64,000 nucleotides of DNA from an uncultured delta proteobacterium. GTDB lineage: Bacteria > Desulfobacterota > RBG-13-43-22. Numbering within the stretch: position 1 is the first letter of the stretch; every line of letters begins with the position of its first letter. The translations under genes were made by a program, and so were the position numbers. Of the stretch, positions 19,890 through 29,348 are shown one piece after another. The stretch spans positions 384,001 through 448,000 of the forward strand of contig CAWJJC010000027.1 of assembly GCA_963843145.1 (NCBI GenBank), in the 5' to 3' direction. The notes under the pieces are model-generated. The model searched no databases and was not told the DNA's origin. It saw only the letters and a list, made by a program, of their open reading frames with translations.

Positions 19890-20813
19890 TTATTTCCCCC
19901 CCGGGTCATCCCCGTGTTGTTGTTTGATGAACTTCTGGTGAGTGGCCGTGCCCTCTTTTCGGGCCTGCCCGACGCTCAGGAACTTGCCCACCATGAGCAT
20001 GTGCATTTCCGGAGGCAAATTCTGATAATCCACCTCTTTTAGAAACCGGCCGACCGTGCTGCGGATGACTTGCTGTTTCTCCCGGTCGCCGGCATAGGTG
20101 ACTACCGCCACCGGGGTGTCCTGAGGATAGTTCTTCTTAAGCTGGCTGAACAGTTGGGGGTAATCCAGCTTCATGGTATAGAAAACCATGCTGGTTTTAT
20201 GGGTCATCAATTCCTGGTTTTTGTCCTGCCGGCCGGGCCAATCGGTCATGGTCAGGATGACCGAACTGGTGTCCCAGCCATAGGGCGGACTCATCTTGAC
20301 CGCAGCGCTGGAGGCCTGAAAGGCCCCTATCCCGGGAATGATCTCGGAAGGGAAATCCTTGGGCAACATCTCCAGATAAAAGGTGGTTCCATACATCATG
20401 GGGTCCCCCCACTGGAGGGCCGCTACTTTTTTCCCCTGGGCCACCGCTTCTTTGATCTTGCCGATCATCGACTTTCGGGCTTCGGCGTTCCGGATGGCCT
20501 TGGCCCTGGCCTCGGGGTCTTTTAAGGTCTGCGGATCGATCCCATAATACACCCGGGCGACATGTCCCAGGTACCAGACCGGTTTGTCGCCGATCCACTG
20601 TTTCCAAGCCTCCAGATCCGGCCGGTCTTCCAGGATGAAGATATCGGCCTGCTTAACCGTCTCGAGCCCCCGGAGGGTAATCAAATCCGGGCTGCTGCCC
20701 ATGCCGACGATGTAGAATTTCCCCTGATCGGCCCAAAGAGCCGTGGGAAGGGCGATCAGGATTACCGCCCAAAGTGTTAGTAGTGCAATCCTCCAGTCCT
20801 TGGTGATGAACAT
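19890..20813 (-). CDS. Tetrapyrrole (corrin/porphyrin) methylase-family protein with signal peptide
   Basis: Hydrophobic N-terminus ending ALWA; FYIVGMG..PDLITLRG, GDPMMYG, IPGIGAF, PVAVV. Confidence 0.82.
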   Translation of the reverse strand: MFITKDWRIALLTLWAVILIALPTALWADQGKFYIVGMGSSPDLITLRGLETVKQADIFILEDRPDLEAWKQWIGDKPVWYLGHVARVYYGIDPQTLKDPEARAKAIRNAEARKSMIGKIKEAVAQGKKVAALQWGDPMMYGTTFYLEMLPKDFPSEIIPGIGAFQASSAAVKMSPPYGWDTSSVILTMTDWPGRQDKNQELMTHKTSMVFYTMKLDYPQLFSQLKKNYPQDTPVAVVTYAGDREKQQVIRSTVGRFLKEVDYQNLPPEMHMLMVGKFLSVGQARKEGTATHQKFIKQQHGDDPGGK

Positions 20814-20827
20814 AACTCGCTTCCTTT

Positions 20828-21601
20828 CTAATTTAGTCGATAGACCACTGGGATCTTGATCTGGGCCTCCACGGGTGGATGGGGGAAAGGAACGCTTTCC
20901 TTCAGGGCCTCCAGCGCACCCTGGTCCAGAACCTCGTACCCGGACCCCCTAACCACCTGGGCTTCTTTGATCGATCCGCTCAGGGTGATTACAAAGGAGA
21001 GGACCACCCGGCCCTCCCAGCCCAGACGCCGGGCTAGGGACGGATAGCTGACGTTTTTCAGAATCTTGTCCCGAATATAAGCGAATTGTTCGGCCAGGTA
21101 GCGGTTTTTGGCCTTTTCAGCGCCACCGCTTTCCAAACCCCCTTCCCCGCCGGTACCGCCCTTTCCGGAGGCCGGTCCACTGCCGGAGATCCCGGACTTC
21201 CCTGTTCCCCCGGCTGGCCCGTCTGTCTTTCCCAACCCTCCCGGCACATTCGGCAGGCCGGGCTGTTCCACGGGAACGGTCATGTCTGAAGTGGATTGAA
21301 TCCAGGTCGGGGCGGTTTCCTGGATTTTCGGTGGCGCCGGAGGGGGGAGGCGTTTGTTCTCTTCCCGGGGAACCGGGGCGGGAGCGGCCTGAGGTACTTT
21401 TTTCGATGCCGGCCGAAATGATTTTATTGGAGTGGGCTCCCGGATCTTTTGAACCGGAGCGGGAGTTGGTTTTTCCAGGTCAAAGTCGATGATCATCGGG
21501 TGATGTTTTTTTACTTCCAGCGTGCCGAGACCCAGCACCCCGGCAATCACCGCCGCGTGAATGATCAAAGAATATTGGAGCCCTCTGGCTTGCGGTTTCA
21601 T
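20828..21601 (-). CDS. tonB: Energy transducer TonB
   Basis: N-terminal TM with SxxxH, Pro-rich linker, YPSLARRLGWEGRV..SGYEVLD. Confidence 0.9.
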   Translation of the reverse strand: MKPQARGLQYSLIIHAAVIAGVLGLGTLEVKKHHPMIIDFDLEKPTPAPVQKIREPTPIKSFRPASKKVPQAAPAPVPREENKRLPPPAPPKIQETAPTWIQSTSDMTVPVEQPGLPNVPGGLGKTDGPAGGTGKSGISGSGPASGKGGTGGEGGLESGGAEKAKNRYLAEQFAYIRDKILKNVSYPSLARRLGWEGRVVLSFVITLSGSIKEAQVVRGSGYEVLDQGALEALKESVPFPHPPVEAQIKIPVVYRLN

Positions 21602-21978
21602 GGGCGTTCTTCGGTCTGGAGACTGACCCGTTTAAACTGGAGCCTTTTGACCAGATCCAGGACGTCGACGAACCCCTGCAAAGCGATCTGCCGATCTGCC
21701 CGGATCAGGATTGGGATATTCCGATTCAGCCCCTCCAGCCCCTGTTTCAAGCCATCCAGGGCCACCGCTTTGGCGTTCAGGAACAGGTCCCCCCGGCGAT
21801 TAATCTCAATGGTCTGGGTCCGCAGCATCTCCCCCTGGCTTCTAACCACCTTAGGCAGATCGAGAGGAATCATCCCGGTGGCGATAAAGGAAGAAGTGGT
21901 CAGAACGATGGTCAACAGGACCAACATGACGTCCACCAGAGGAATTACATTGATATAATCAAACTCCTTTTCTTCCAT
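21598..21978 (-). CDS. exbD: Biopolymer transporter ExbD
   Basis: INVIPLVDVMLVLL, IRADR. Confidence 0.93.
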   Translation of the reverse strand: MEEKEFDYINVIPLVDVMLVLLTIVLTTSSFIATGMIPLDLPKVVRSQGEMLRTQTIEINRRGDLFLNAKAVALDGLKQGLEGLNRNIPILIRADRQIALQGFVDVLDLVKRLQFKRVSLQTEERP

Positions 21979-22393
21979 TCAGCACATCCCAATCCAGGAG
22001 CAACACCTTAACCCGGCGAAGCAGGAAATTGTACAAGGTCACCGAGGGAATGGCCACCAGCAATCCCACGGCTGTGGCCTTCAGGGCCAGGGCCAGGCCC
22101 ACCATGATCTTGCCCGTATCCATGAACCCTTCCTGTCCGATGGTATAAAAAGTCAGCATAATCCCTAAAACGGTCCCGAGCAGGCCGATATAGGGCGCAT
22201 TGCTTCCAATGGTGGCAATCAGGTGAAGCTTTCTGGTCAGTTCCTTTTCCAGCGCGGGTTTGTTAGGGAAGTCCTCTAAGCGAAGGCGCCGAAAAACCAA
22301 GTGGCGTTCCAGGGCCACGCTCAAGGCCATGATGCTCAGCAGGATCAGGAACCCGATGATCCCGTAATCGACGGCAATTTTTAACCATTCCAT
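21959..22393 (-). CDS. exbB: TonB-system energizer ExbB (short type)
   Basis: IGSNAPYIGLLGTVLGIM, ALKATAVGLLVAIP. Confidence 0.92.
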   Translation of the reverse strand: MEWLKIAVDYGIIGFLILLSIMALSVALERHLVFRRLRLEDFPNKPALEKELTRKLHLIATIGSNAPYIGLLGTVLGIMLTFYTIGQEGFMDTGKIMVGLALALKATAVGLLVAIPSVTLYNFLLRRVKVLLLDWDVLNGRKGV

Positions 22394-22483
22394 AATGTTT
22401 TTCCAAAATAAAGGCGCCCCTCCCGTCATCTCGTTATTCTACGGAATGACGAGAGAGGGCTTTATTTATCTGCAGGGGGTTCG

Positions 22484-24554
22484 TTAAAACTTACCGGTAA
22501 GACCTGTCCAGAAAGCCCGTCCGGGACCGGGAAACCCGTATTCCGGCTCGTAGTTGATGTCAAAAATATTGTTTACCGCCACATACACTTCGAACCATTT
22601 GAGGATCGGCTGGGTAACTTTGAAGTTGGTCAGGAAATAGTCCCCGGTCTTCAGGGTCTCCAGGTTTTTGTTCTGGGGCGTTGGGAGCTGGGAAAAGGCC
22701 TCGCCGACATACAGCCCGGTCAGATCCAACTTGGTTTTAACCTGAGGGAGGACATATTGTACCCCGAGGTCCAACTTGTGCTGGGGGGAGAAGGTTACGT
22801 CGTCGGTGACCCGTCCGTCACTTTCATTCTTAGAATCGATGTAGGTGTAATCCCCCCGCAGAAGCAGCCCGTCCAGAGGATAGACCGACCCGCCCAACTC
22901 GAAACCCATCCGCTTCACGTTCCCGTAGTTTAGATAGGTGCCGAGAGTACCGGGGGCGTCGCGGGAGATCAGATCGGTGACGTCATGATAGAATAAGGCG
23001 AACTCCAATTGGCCCACCTTGCCCAGGGCCTGATCCACACCCACCGTGTAGTTGAGGCTTTTTTCCGAGGCCAGATCGGTGTTGCCGCCCTTGCTGGAGT
23101 AAAGCTGTTGCAGGGTCGGGAAGCGGGATTTGCGGGCGATGGAGCCGAAGAGCTTGGTCCCATCAACCACCTGGTAATTCAACCCAGCCATGGGATTGAA
23201 TTCGCTGGTGTTGGGCTGGGGGTTGGAGATCTGCTGCACAAAATTACCCGTTTTGGAATCCGTCACATTTTTCTGGGCCTGGGTCACATCAAACCAGTCG
23301 TAGCTGACTCCACCCACCAGAGAAAGATTTTTTACCAGCGTGAATTCGTCTTCCAGACCCCAGGATCCAGTGTAAGACTTGGACTCCGCAAAGGGCAGAT
23401 AGGCATCGTCCCGCTCCTTGTGGTTGTCCTCCTTGTAATGCAAAGACATACGCAGGTTGTTCCATTTCACCGGCTGGTAATCGACAAAATAGGAGCCGCC
23501 CATGATATAATCCTCATAGCGGCTGATGGCGATCTGTTTGGTCAGGGCCGAATCGGCATAAGAAACGTAATCGTCGTTATGATGGTGATAAAAGAGCTTG
23601 GCCTTCATATTCCACTGGTCGTTCAACCGGTGCCTCCCGTCCAGGTCGACCCCCCAATCCTCATAATTCTGGATCCGGACGTTGGCCGTAGAAAAGGCCG
23701 GACGGTTAAGAAACACCGAGTTAGCATCGGTGGAGGCCGGCGCCCCTTTGTCTTTGTTCAGGTAATGGAAATTGACGAAAAATTCTGAATCCTTTAAGGG
23801 GGTCGCCCCGAATTTGGCCCAGAAATTTTTGCTGGTGATGTCCGAATTGTCCCGTTTTCCCCCGTCTTCAAAAACGACGGTGCTTTTCCCGCCCGGGCTA
23901 CGGGTCAGAGTCCCTTTTCTGGGCTGATAATCGTCCGAGAGATTCCAGCCATCCGAGTTCAGGTAGCTGGCATTCAGCCACCAGTTCCAGATCCCTTTCT
24001 TCATGCCGTGGGAGGCCGAAAGGCGGTAGGTGTTGTTCTCGCTGAATTCCACCGTGGCGCTGGTAAAAGGCTTTTCCGAGGGTTGTTTGGTGATAATGTT
24101 GACCACCCCGGCCAGGGCATTGGCCCCGTAGAGGACCGAGGCGCCACCCTTGATGACCTCGATGCGGGCCACGTTGTCGGTGGGAATCTGATTCAGGTCC
24201 AGTTTCCCGAAATTGGTTTCGTAATAGGGGACCCCGTCGATCAGGATCAGGGCCTGGGACTGATCGAAATTTCGAATCGAGACATTGGGTTCGTTTTTTC
24301 GACCGGTGGTGACCTTGACGCCCGGGGCATAACTCAGGGCCTCGGCCACGGTTTTGCTGTTGGTGGCCGCAATGTCTTCGGCGGTGACCTCGGTGATCAC
24401 CGTCGTTTCCCGGACCTTGTCCCCCGAGCACCACGATCTCACCCAGGTTGTAGGTCTCGAATTCCTTGGCCTTCTTTCCCTCGGCCCAGACCAGTCCGGT
24501 CCCCAAGAAAAAGAACAGCGTTAACAGTACACCCATCTTCTCTCTCTTCCTCAT
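22484..24554 (-). CDS. TonB-dependent receptor (apparent +1 frameshift near 24430)
   Basis: Signal peptide and LGEIVV in one frame; plug (LIDGVP, RIEVIKGGASVLYGANALAGVVNIIT) and barrel ending GKF in another. Confidence 0.88.
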
Positions 24555-24564
24555 CTTCTCCTCC

Positions 24565-25887
24565 TTATATTTTATTTGCCGGGTTCTTTAATTTTCGGGC
24601 CCAAAAAAAATAAAACGGCAACCCCGATAAGGCGATGATCAGCCCCAACAGCGAGGTCTGGGGCTTCTCCCAGGAAATCTGCCAGGCAATCCAACCGTAG
24701 GCTCCCACAAACACCAGCGGCGTCAGGGGATAACCCCAGGTCCGGTAAGGTCGGAATAGGGCCGGCCTCCTGGCCCGAAGAGTCAAGTGCGCCAGACCCG
24801 TCGCCATCGAGGACACCAGCATGATGAGCACCACATAGCTCAAAAGCTGGTCGAAGCTTCCCCAAAGGACCATACCGGCCGCCAGCAGCCCCTGGGTCAA
24901 AATCGATCCGTAGGGCGTCCGGTGCCGGGGATGAAGCTTTTTCAAAAAGGACCAAAATAGGCCGTCCTCGGCCATGGCGTAAAAAATCCGAGAGCAGGCC
25001 AGGAGCGTGGCATTGATCCCGGAGGCGATGGCCAGTACGATCACCAGGGAGATCAGTCCGGCGTAAGGGCCGCTGAACAAACTTTCCGCCGCCAGTTGGC
25101 CTACATTGACCACCCCCTGAAGCTTCAAGATCGGGACGGCATACAGGTAGGTAATGTTCATTAAGGCATACAATACAGTTACGATCAGGGTTCCCCAGAG
25201 CAGCGATCGGGGAACGTTTTTCTCCGGGTCCCTGACTTCACTGCCCACATACGCCGAGGCGAACCAGCCGCTGTAGGTAAAAATGACGGCGATCATCGGC
25301 GAGGCGAAGAGTTTGGTCCAGGATAGGGGCCCCCCCGTATTCCCTGAAAAATGCTGCCAGCTCCCCTTTCCCCATAGTATTCCTCCCGAGACGAACAGAC
25401 CGATGAGCAACAGGGCGCCCAGGGTAAGAATATCCTGGGTAGTGCTACCCCAGCGTATCCCGCGGTAATTGATCCAGGTAAACAAGGCGATCACCGCCAG
25501 GGCCAGGGCCTTTTCCGAACCCGTGCCGACCCCCGGCAGAAACGGTTTCAGGTAACTGACCAGCGCCAGGGTCAAGGCGGCCATCGAACCCGGAATAATG
25601 ATCCAAAAGTTGACCCAGCCCAGCAAAAATCCGGCCCAGGACCCGTAGGCCTCCTTGAGGAACTGGTAGTCCCCGCCGGCTCGGGGAAACAAACCGGCCA
25701 GTTCGGCATAGGTCAGGGCCCCGCAAAGCGTGAGCACCCCCCCGATGATCCAGATGCCGACAAACCAGAAAGGCTGGGGCAGCTCACCGGCCAGAAAACC
25801 GCTGGTGGTGAAGATGCCGGCGCCCACCACGTTGCCCACCACCAGCAGAATGGCATCCGAAAGTTTAAGACTTCGATTGAGCGGCAA
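24565..25887 (-). CDS. APC-family amino acid permease
   Basis: GNVVGAGIF, YAEL..FPRAGGDY, YSGW, RPYRTWGYP; about 12 hydrophobic segments. Confidence 0.92.
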   Translation of the reverse strand: MPLNRSLKLSDAILLVVGNVVGAGIFTTSGFLAGELPQPFWFVGIWIIGGVLTLCGALTYAELAGLFPRAGGDYQFLKEAYGSWAGFLLGWVNFWIIIPGSMAALTLALVSYLKPFLPGVGTGSEKALALAVIALFTWINYRGIRWGSTTQDILTLGALLLIGLFVSGGILWGKGSWQHFSGNTGGPLSWTKLFASPMIAVIFTYSGWFASAYVGSEVRDPEKNVPRSLLWGTLIVTVLYALMNITYLYAVPILKLQGVVNVGQLAAESLFSGPYAGLISLVIVLAIASGINATLLACSRIFYAMAEDGLFWSFLKKLHPRHRTPYGSILTQGLLAAGMVLWGSFDQLLSYVVLIMLVSSMATGLAHLTLRARRPALFRPYRTWGYPLTPLVFVGAYGWIAWQISWEKPQTSLLGLIIALSGLPFYFFWARKLKNPANKI

Positions 25888-25907
25888 AGATCGGTTTCCA
25901 GTTCAGG

Positions 25908-27693
25908 TTAATGATGGCGGTCCAACGTCTGAGACTCCAGGCAAGCCCCGATGTAAATCATGCCCAGCCACTTTTCTTTTTCGTCCCAGGCGATGGACAG
26001 GGCCTTATCCAGCGTGGTCTTCACCAGACGTTCGCTGTCGGCAAAACCCACCCGGTAGGCAAAATAAACCGGGGTGGAAGGCGGGTAATAGCCGCCCAAC
26101 AGATCCACCAGACTCTTCAGTTCCTTCAATCCCATGAACAGGGCCAGGGTGTCTCCCTTCTCAACCGCCGCCTTAAGCAACGCCGGGTTATCTTTCAACG
26201 CCCAGGAGGTGGATAGGACAATCGACCCTCCCCGGCAGGCCAGTTCCTTCCCGATGAGCGCGTTGGCGGCGTTGAAGGCGCTGATCCCCGGGATGAACTC
26301 CTTTTCCTGATCACCCAATCGGGCGGCGATCTCGCGCAGACTCCCATAGATAAAGGGATCCCCGTATTCCAGCAGGGCCACGTTCTTCCCCCGCCGGAGT
26401 TCCGCCTGGATCAGTTCCACTGCTTCCACGATCTTTTTTTCCAGCAGGGCCTTTTTTTCCTCCGGTGACAGCTTGCCCAGCTCCTTTCCATAAATGGGCT
26501 CCGGCATTAAATACTTAAAGGGATCAAACAGGACCGGGCGTCCTCCGATGTAGGCGGCCAGCCGTTTTTTCAGATCGTCGCTGCAGACGAAGACATCGAC
26601 CCGCCCCAGGGCCGATAAGGCCTGCTGGGTTAACAGGTCCGGATCGGCGCAACCCACACTGATCAGGTAGGCCTTGGGCTTCCGGATCAGGTTGATGACC
26701 TCGATCCGAGAAACGGCCATCACCCAGCGGTCGGCCGACAAGTCATCGGGAATCACCAGCTTGAACTTGCCGCTCGTCCTCCTGGAGGGGCTTTCCTTCT
26801 TTCCGGTCGGCGATGATGATCCGCCGGCCCAGGGGATTGAGCACCAGCTCCCCCATGGAAATCAGGGATCGGTACCCGTCCGGGGCCGAAATGACAACGG
26901 CCGAATCCAGGTCCTGGGTTGCCCCGGCCCGGGTGAGCAGGTCCGTTAGGGGGGTCCCTTCGAAACGAAACAAACCGTGATAACCCCTCCCCTCGCCTGC
27001 GACCTTGCCCATCACTTCCAGTCGGGGATAAGCCGATAAATTAGTTACGGTCAGCAGCGTTTTGCTATCCTGACCCACCGTCAGCTCGGGGGCAAAAAGC
27101 TCCTTCATCCGTTTCACCGGCATTTTGAAATGCAGGTCGACCACCTCGATACTGGCCACGTTTTCCAGGGACCGTTCGGTATAAAAATCGTTGGCCACCA
27201 CCAGCCTGGGTAAGCCCACCTTTCGCTTCAAGGGATCTTGCCAGACCCGGTAAACCTCCGGGGTGTGACAGGCGGCGCAGTCTCTGTGGGGCATGACGGG
27301 CTCCGCCTGGAAGGCCACGATCAATTCCGCCGGATTGCGGTAAAAAACTTCCCCCCAGGAAAGGACGGTCTCGCGGCCCTCGCGATTGCGGACCACGATA
27401 GCCAGGTCATCCGGTTTGCCAAACGCGGATTCCCCCTTCTGCACCACCGCGGTCTCCAGCAACTCCCTCAACGGCACCCCGCGGTAGTTGAAAACACCGT
27501 GAAAGGTTTTGTCCCGGGTCAGTTCATTCAGACGCACTGAAACCGATTGAAAGCGAGCCAGGTCGGAGAGGCTGAATTGAAGCGGTTGTTTGACGGCGCC
27601 CATGATGTGCAGGCTTTCCAAGGTACCGGCCTGCACCCCGGAACCGATCAACAGGAGACTCAGACCATAAACGACCCATTTCATCTTCTTCAT
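25908..27693 (-). CDS. Exported protein: two molybdopterin-oxidoreductase-like domains with a CxxCH motif, probably fused to a tetrapyrrole methylase domain (frameshift near 26775)
   Basis: Signal peptide; YRGVPLRELL, CAACH, FEGTPLTDLL, APDGY; GKFKLVIPDD..DRWV..VSRIEV continues in the next frame into VGCADPDLLT, GDPFIYG, IPGISAFNAA. Confidence 0.75.
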
Positions 27694-27711
27694 AAAACAA
27701 TACTCCTTTTA

Positions 27712-28470
27712 TTAAACGGATTTTCGCTGCGGAAAATACCAGACCAGGGCCAGAATCAGGACAATGAACCCCCAGAAAATGAAGGGCCGGCCGGGGTCCC
27801 GTTTGATAACCACCTTCAACTCTTGACCCGGCTGGGCCTTTTTGGCCAAGTCCAGATGAAAGGTATATCCCTTCCAAGAGACCGGTTGCATGATCTGGAG
27901 CTCCCGGGATTCCAGGCTGCCGGCGGCGTCAAGCAGCAGAACCGCCCGGCATTGCTGTACCATCCCCCGGATAGGCTCCGGCCCCGGATAGCGCTGACAG
28001 TCTTGATTGATCACCCGGACCATCCCGGCGCCCGGAAGACGGATACCGCTTTCCGGGTTGTTCGGAATGACCCCATTGAAGCCCACGACCAGGCTGATCC
28101 AGTGCCCGGAAAGGATGACCAGGAAACATAAATGGATCAAGGAAGGGCTGAGTCGGATGGAAAAAGTTCGGGCCCCGATCTGTCTCCTTAAAGGCCATAA
28201 ATGGATCAGTCGTTTCAAAGCGCAGACCACGGTATTGATGCCCAAAAAGAACAGCAGGAGAAAAAGACTCCCCAGCCACCAGAGTTGGTTGACCTGGGAA
28301 CGACCCACTTGCTGCACCCACTCTTGAATCAACATCTGGTTCAGCGAATTGAAGAAAGTAAAATTAAACTTCAAATAATAGGAACCGATCCCCAGGTTGG
28401 CGGAAATCAACAACAGCAACCAGAAGTTGACCTTGACCTCGCCGCAGAAATCCCAAATCTTTTTAAGCAT
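27712..28470 (-). CDS. ResB/CcsB-like cytochrome c biogenesis membrane protein
   Basis: LLFFLGINTVVC, LIHLCFLVILSGH, KRDPG before the final TM; adjacent to ccsA. Confidence 0.72.
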   Translation of the reverse strand: MLKKIWDFCGEVKVNFWLLLLISANLGIGSYYLKFNFTFFNSLNQMLIQEWVQQVGRSQVNQLWWLGSLFLLLFFLGINTVVCALKRLIHLWPLRRQIGARTFSIRLSPSLIHLCFLVILSGHWISLVVGFNGVIPNNPESGIRLPGAGMVRVINQDCQRYPGPEPIRGMVQQCRAVLLLDAAGSLESRELQIMQPVSWKGYTFHLDLAKKAQPGQELKVVIKRDPGRPFIFWGFIVLILALVWYFPQRKSV

Positions 28471-28474
28471 TCCT

Positions 28475-29233
28475 CTATCCCCCGATCCGTGGCGGTAGGT
28501 TGGTTTCGGTCAAGAACCCTAAGTAGCCGTAAAGCAGGATCATTGCCGGCCCGACCAGCGAGAAGCGGGCCTCGGTCCGCAGATTCCAGACCGGAAGATA
28601 GCGAAGATGCAGCAAAGCCGCATAAAAACACCAGAGTGAAGCGGATTGCAGGTGACGGGCGCTCCAATGTAAGGGGGTGGCCCAACCCAGATAGGCCCAG
28701 TAGGCACCCACCACCTGGGCGCCGCTGAAAAAGATAAACCCCCAGACCAGGAAGGAATGGAAAAGACGGGCCGTTTCATCCTGTCGCAAGTAGATCAGGC
28801 CCAACATGCTCCCCGCGATAAAACAGGCGTGGCTGAAAACCTCCAGCATAAAGAACAGCCAAGAAAAAAAGGTCTGGGTTTTCGGATTGGGCGGAACCAC
28901 CCCCAGGGGAAAAAGAAAAGCCAATACCGAGAAGACCACCAGGGGGATCAGTAGCCCGCCGGCGAGAGAGGCTTTCCCGGGAATGAATCTGAAGCCCAAA
29001 GCCAACGCCGCCAAGCACCAGGGAAGAAAAAAACTCTCTTCAAAAAGGGCATAGGGGGACCAAATCCCGACAAGCCCTCCCCGGTTGATCAGAAAGATGG
29101 TGTGTCCCAGGAAACCGAGCACCAGGCAGACGAAGGGAATGTATCTCCGCCGGAATAGCCAGGCGACCATTGAAGCGGCATAAAAACCCGTTACGAGCGA
29201 AAAGCCGTTATTTATTGCTATCGAGATCATCAA
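28475..29233 (-). CDS. ccsA: Cytochrome c assembly protein, CcsA/ResC type
   Basis: GAYWAYLGWATPLHWS tryptophan-rich WWD-like motif, conserved His (FSHA, LLHLR). Confidence 0.8.
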   Translation of the reverse strand: MMISIAINNGFSLVTGFYAASMVAWLFRRRYIPFVCLVLGFLGHTIFLINRGGLVGIWSPYALFEESFFLPWCLAALALGFRFIPGKASLAGGLLIPLVVFSVLAFLFPLGVVPPNPKTQTFFSWLFFMLEVFSHACFIAGSMLGLIYLRQDETARLFHSFLVWGFIFFSGAQVVGAYWAYLGWATPLHWSARHLQSASLWCFYAALLHLRYLPVWNLRTEARFSLVGPAMILLYGYLGFLTETNLPPRIGG

Positions 29234-29281
29234 TTAAAATTTTTTTCGGAAACGGGATGAGCGAGAAGAACTATGTCTTTT

Positions 29282-29315
29282 TTGACATGTATGCCAAGAC
29301 AAGCATATATGTCAA
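29282..29315 (-). promoter_or_regulatory. Palindromic operator overlapping a sigma70-type promoter of the ccsA-led operon
   Basis: TTGACATGTATGC-CAAGACAA-GCATATATGTCAA, 13-bp arms with 1 mismatch. Confidence 0.72.
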
Positions 29316-29348
29316 GAATATTTTCCGGGGATCACTAAAAAATTAATT

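Noticed and set aside
19890-26756. Calling the tetrapyrrole methylases cobM/cbiF and the receptor btuB
   Set aside because: No other cob/cbi genes or recognisable cobalamin riboswitch; signal peptides and tup linkage argue against a routine assignment
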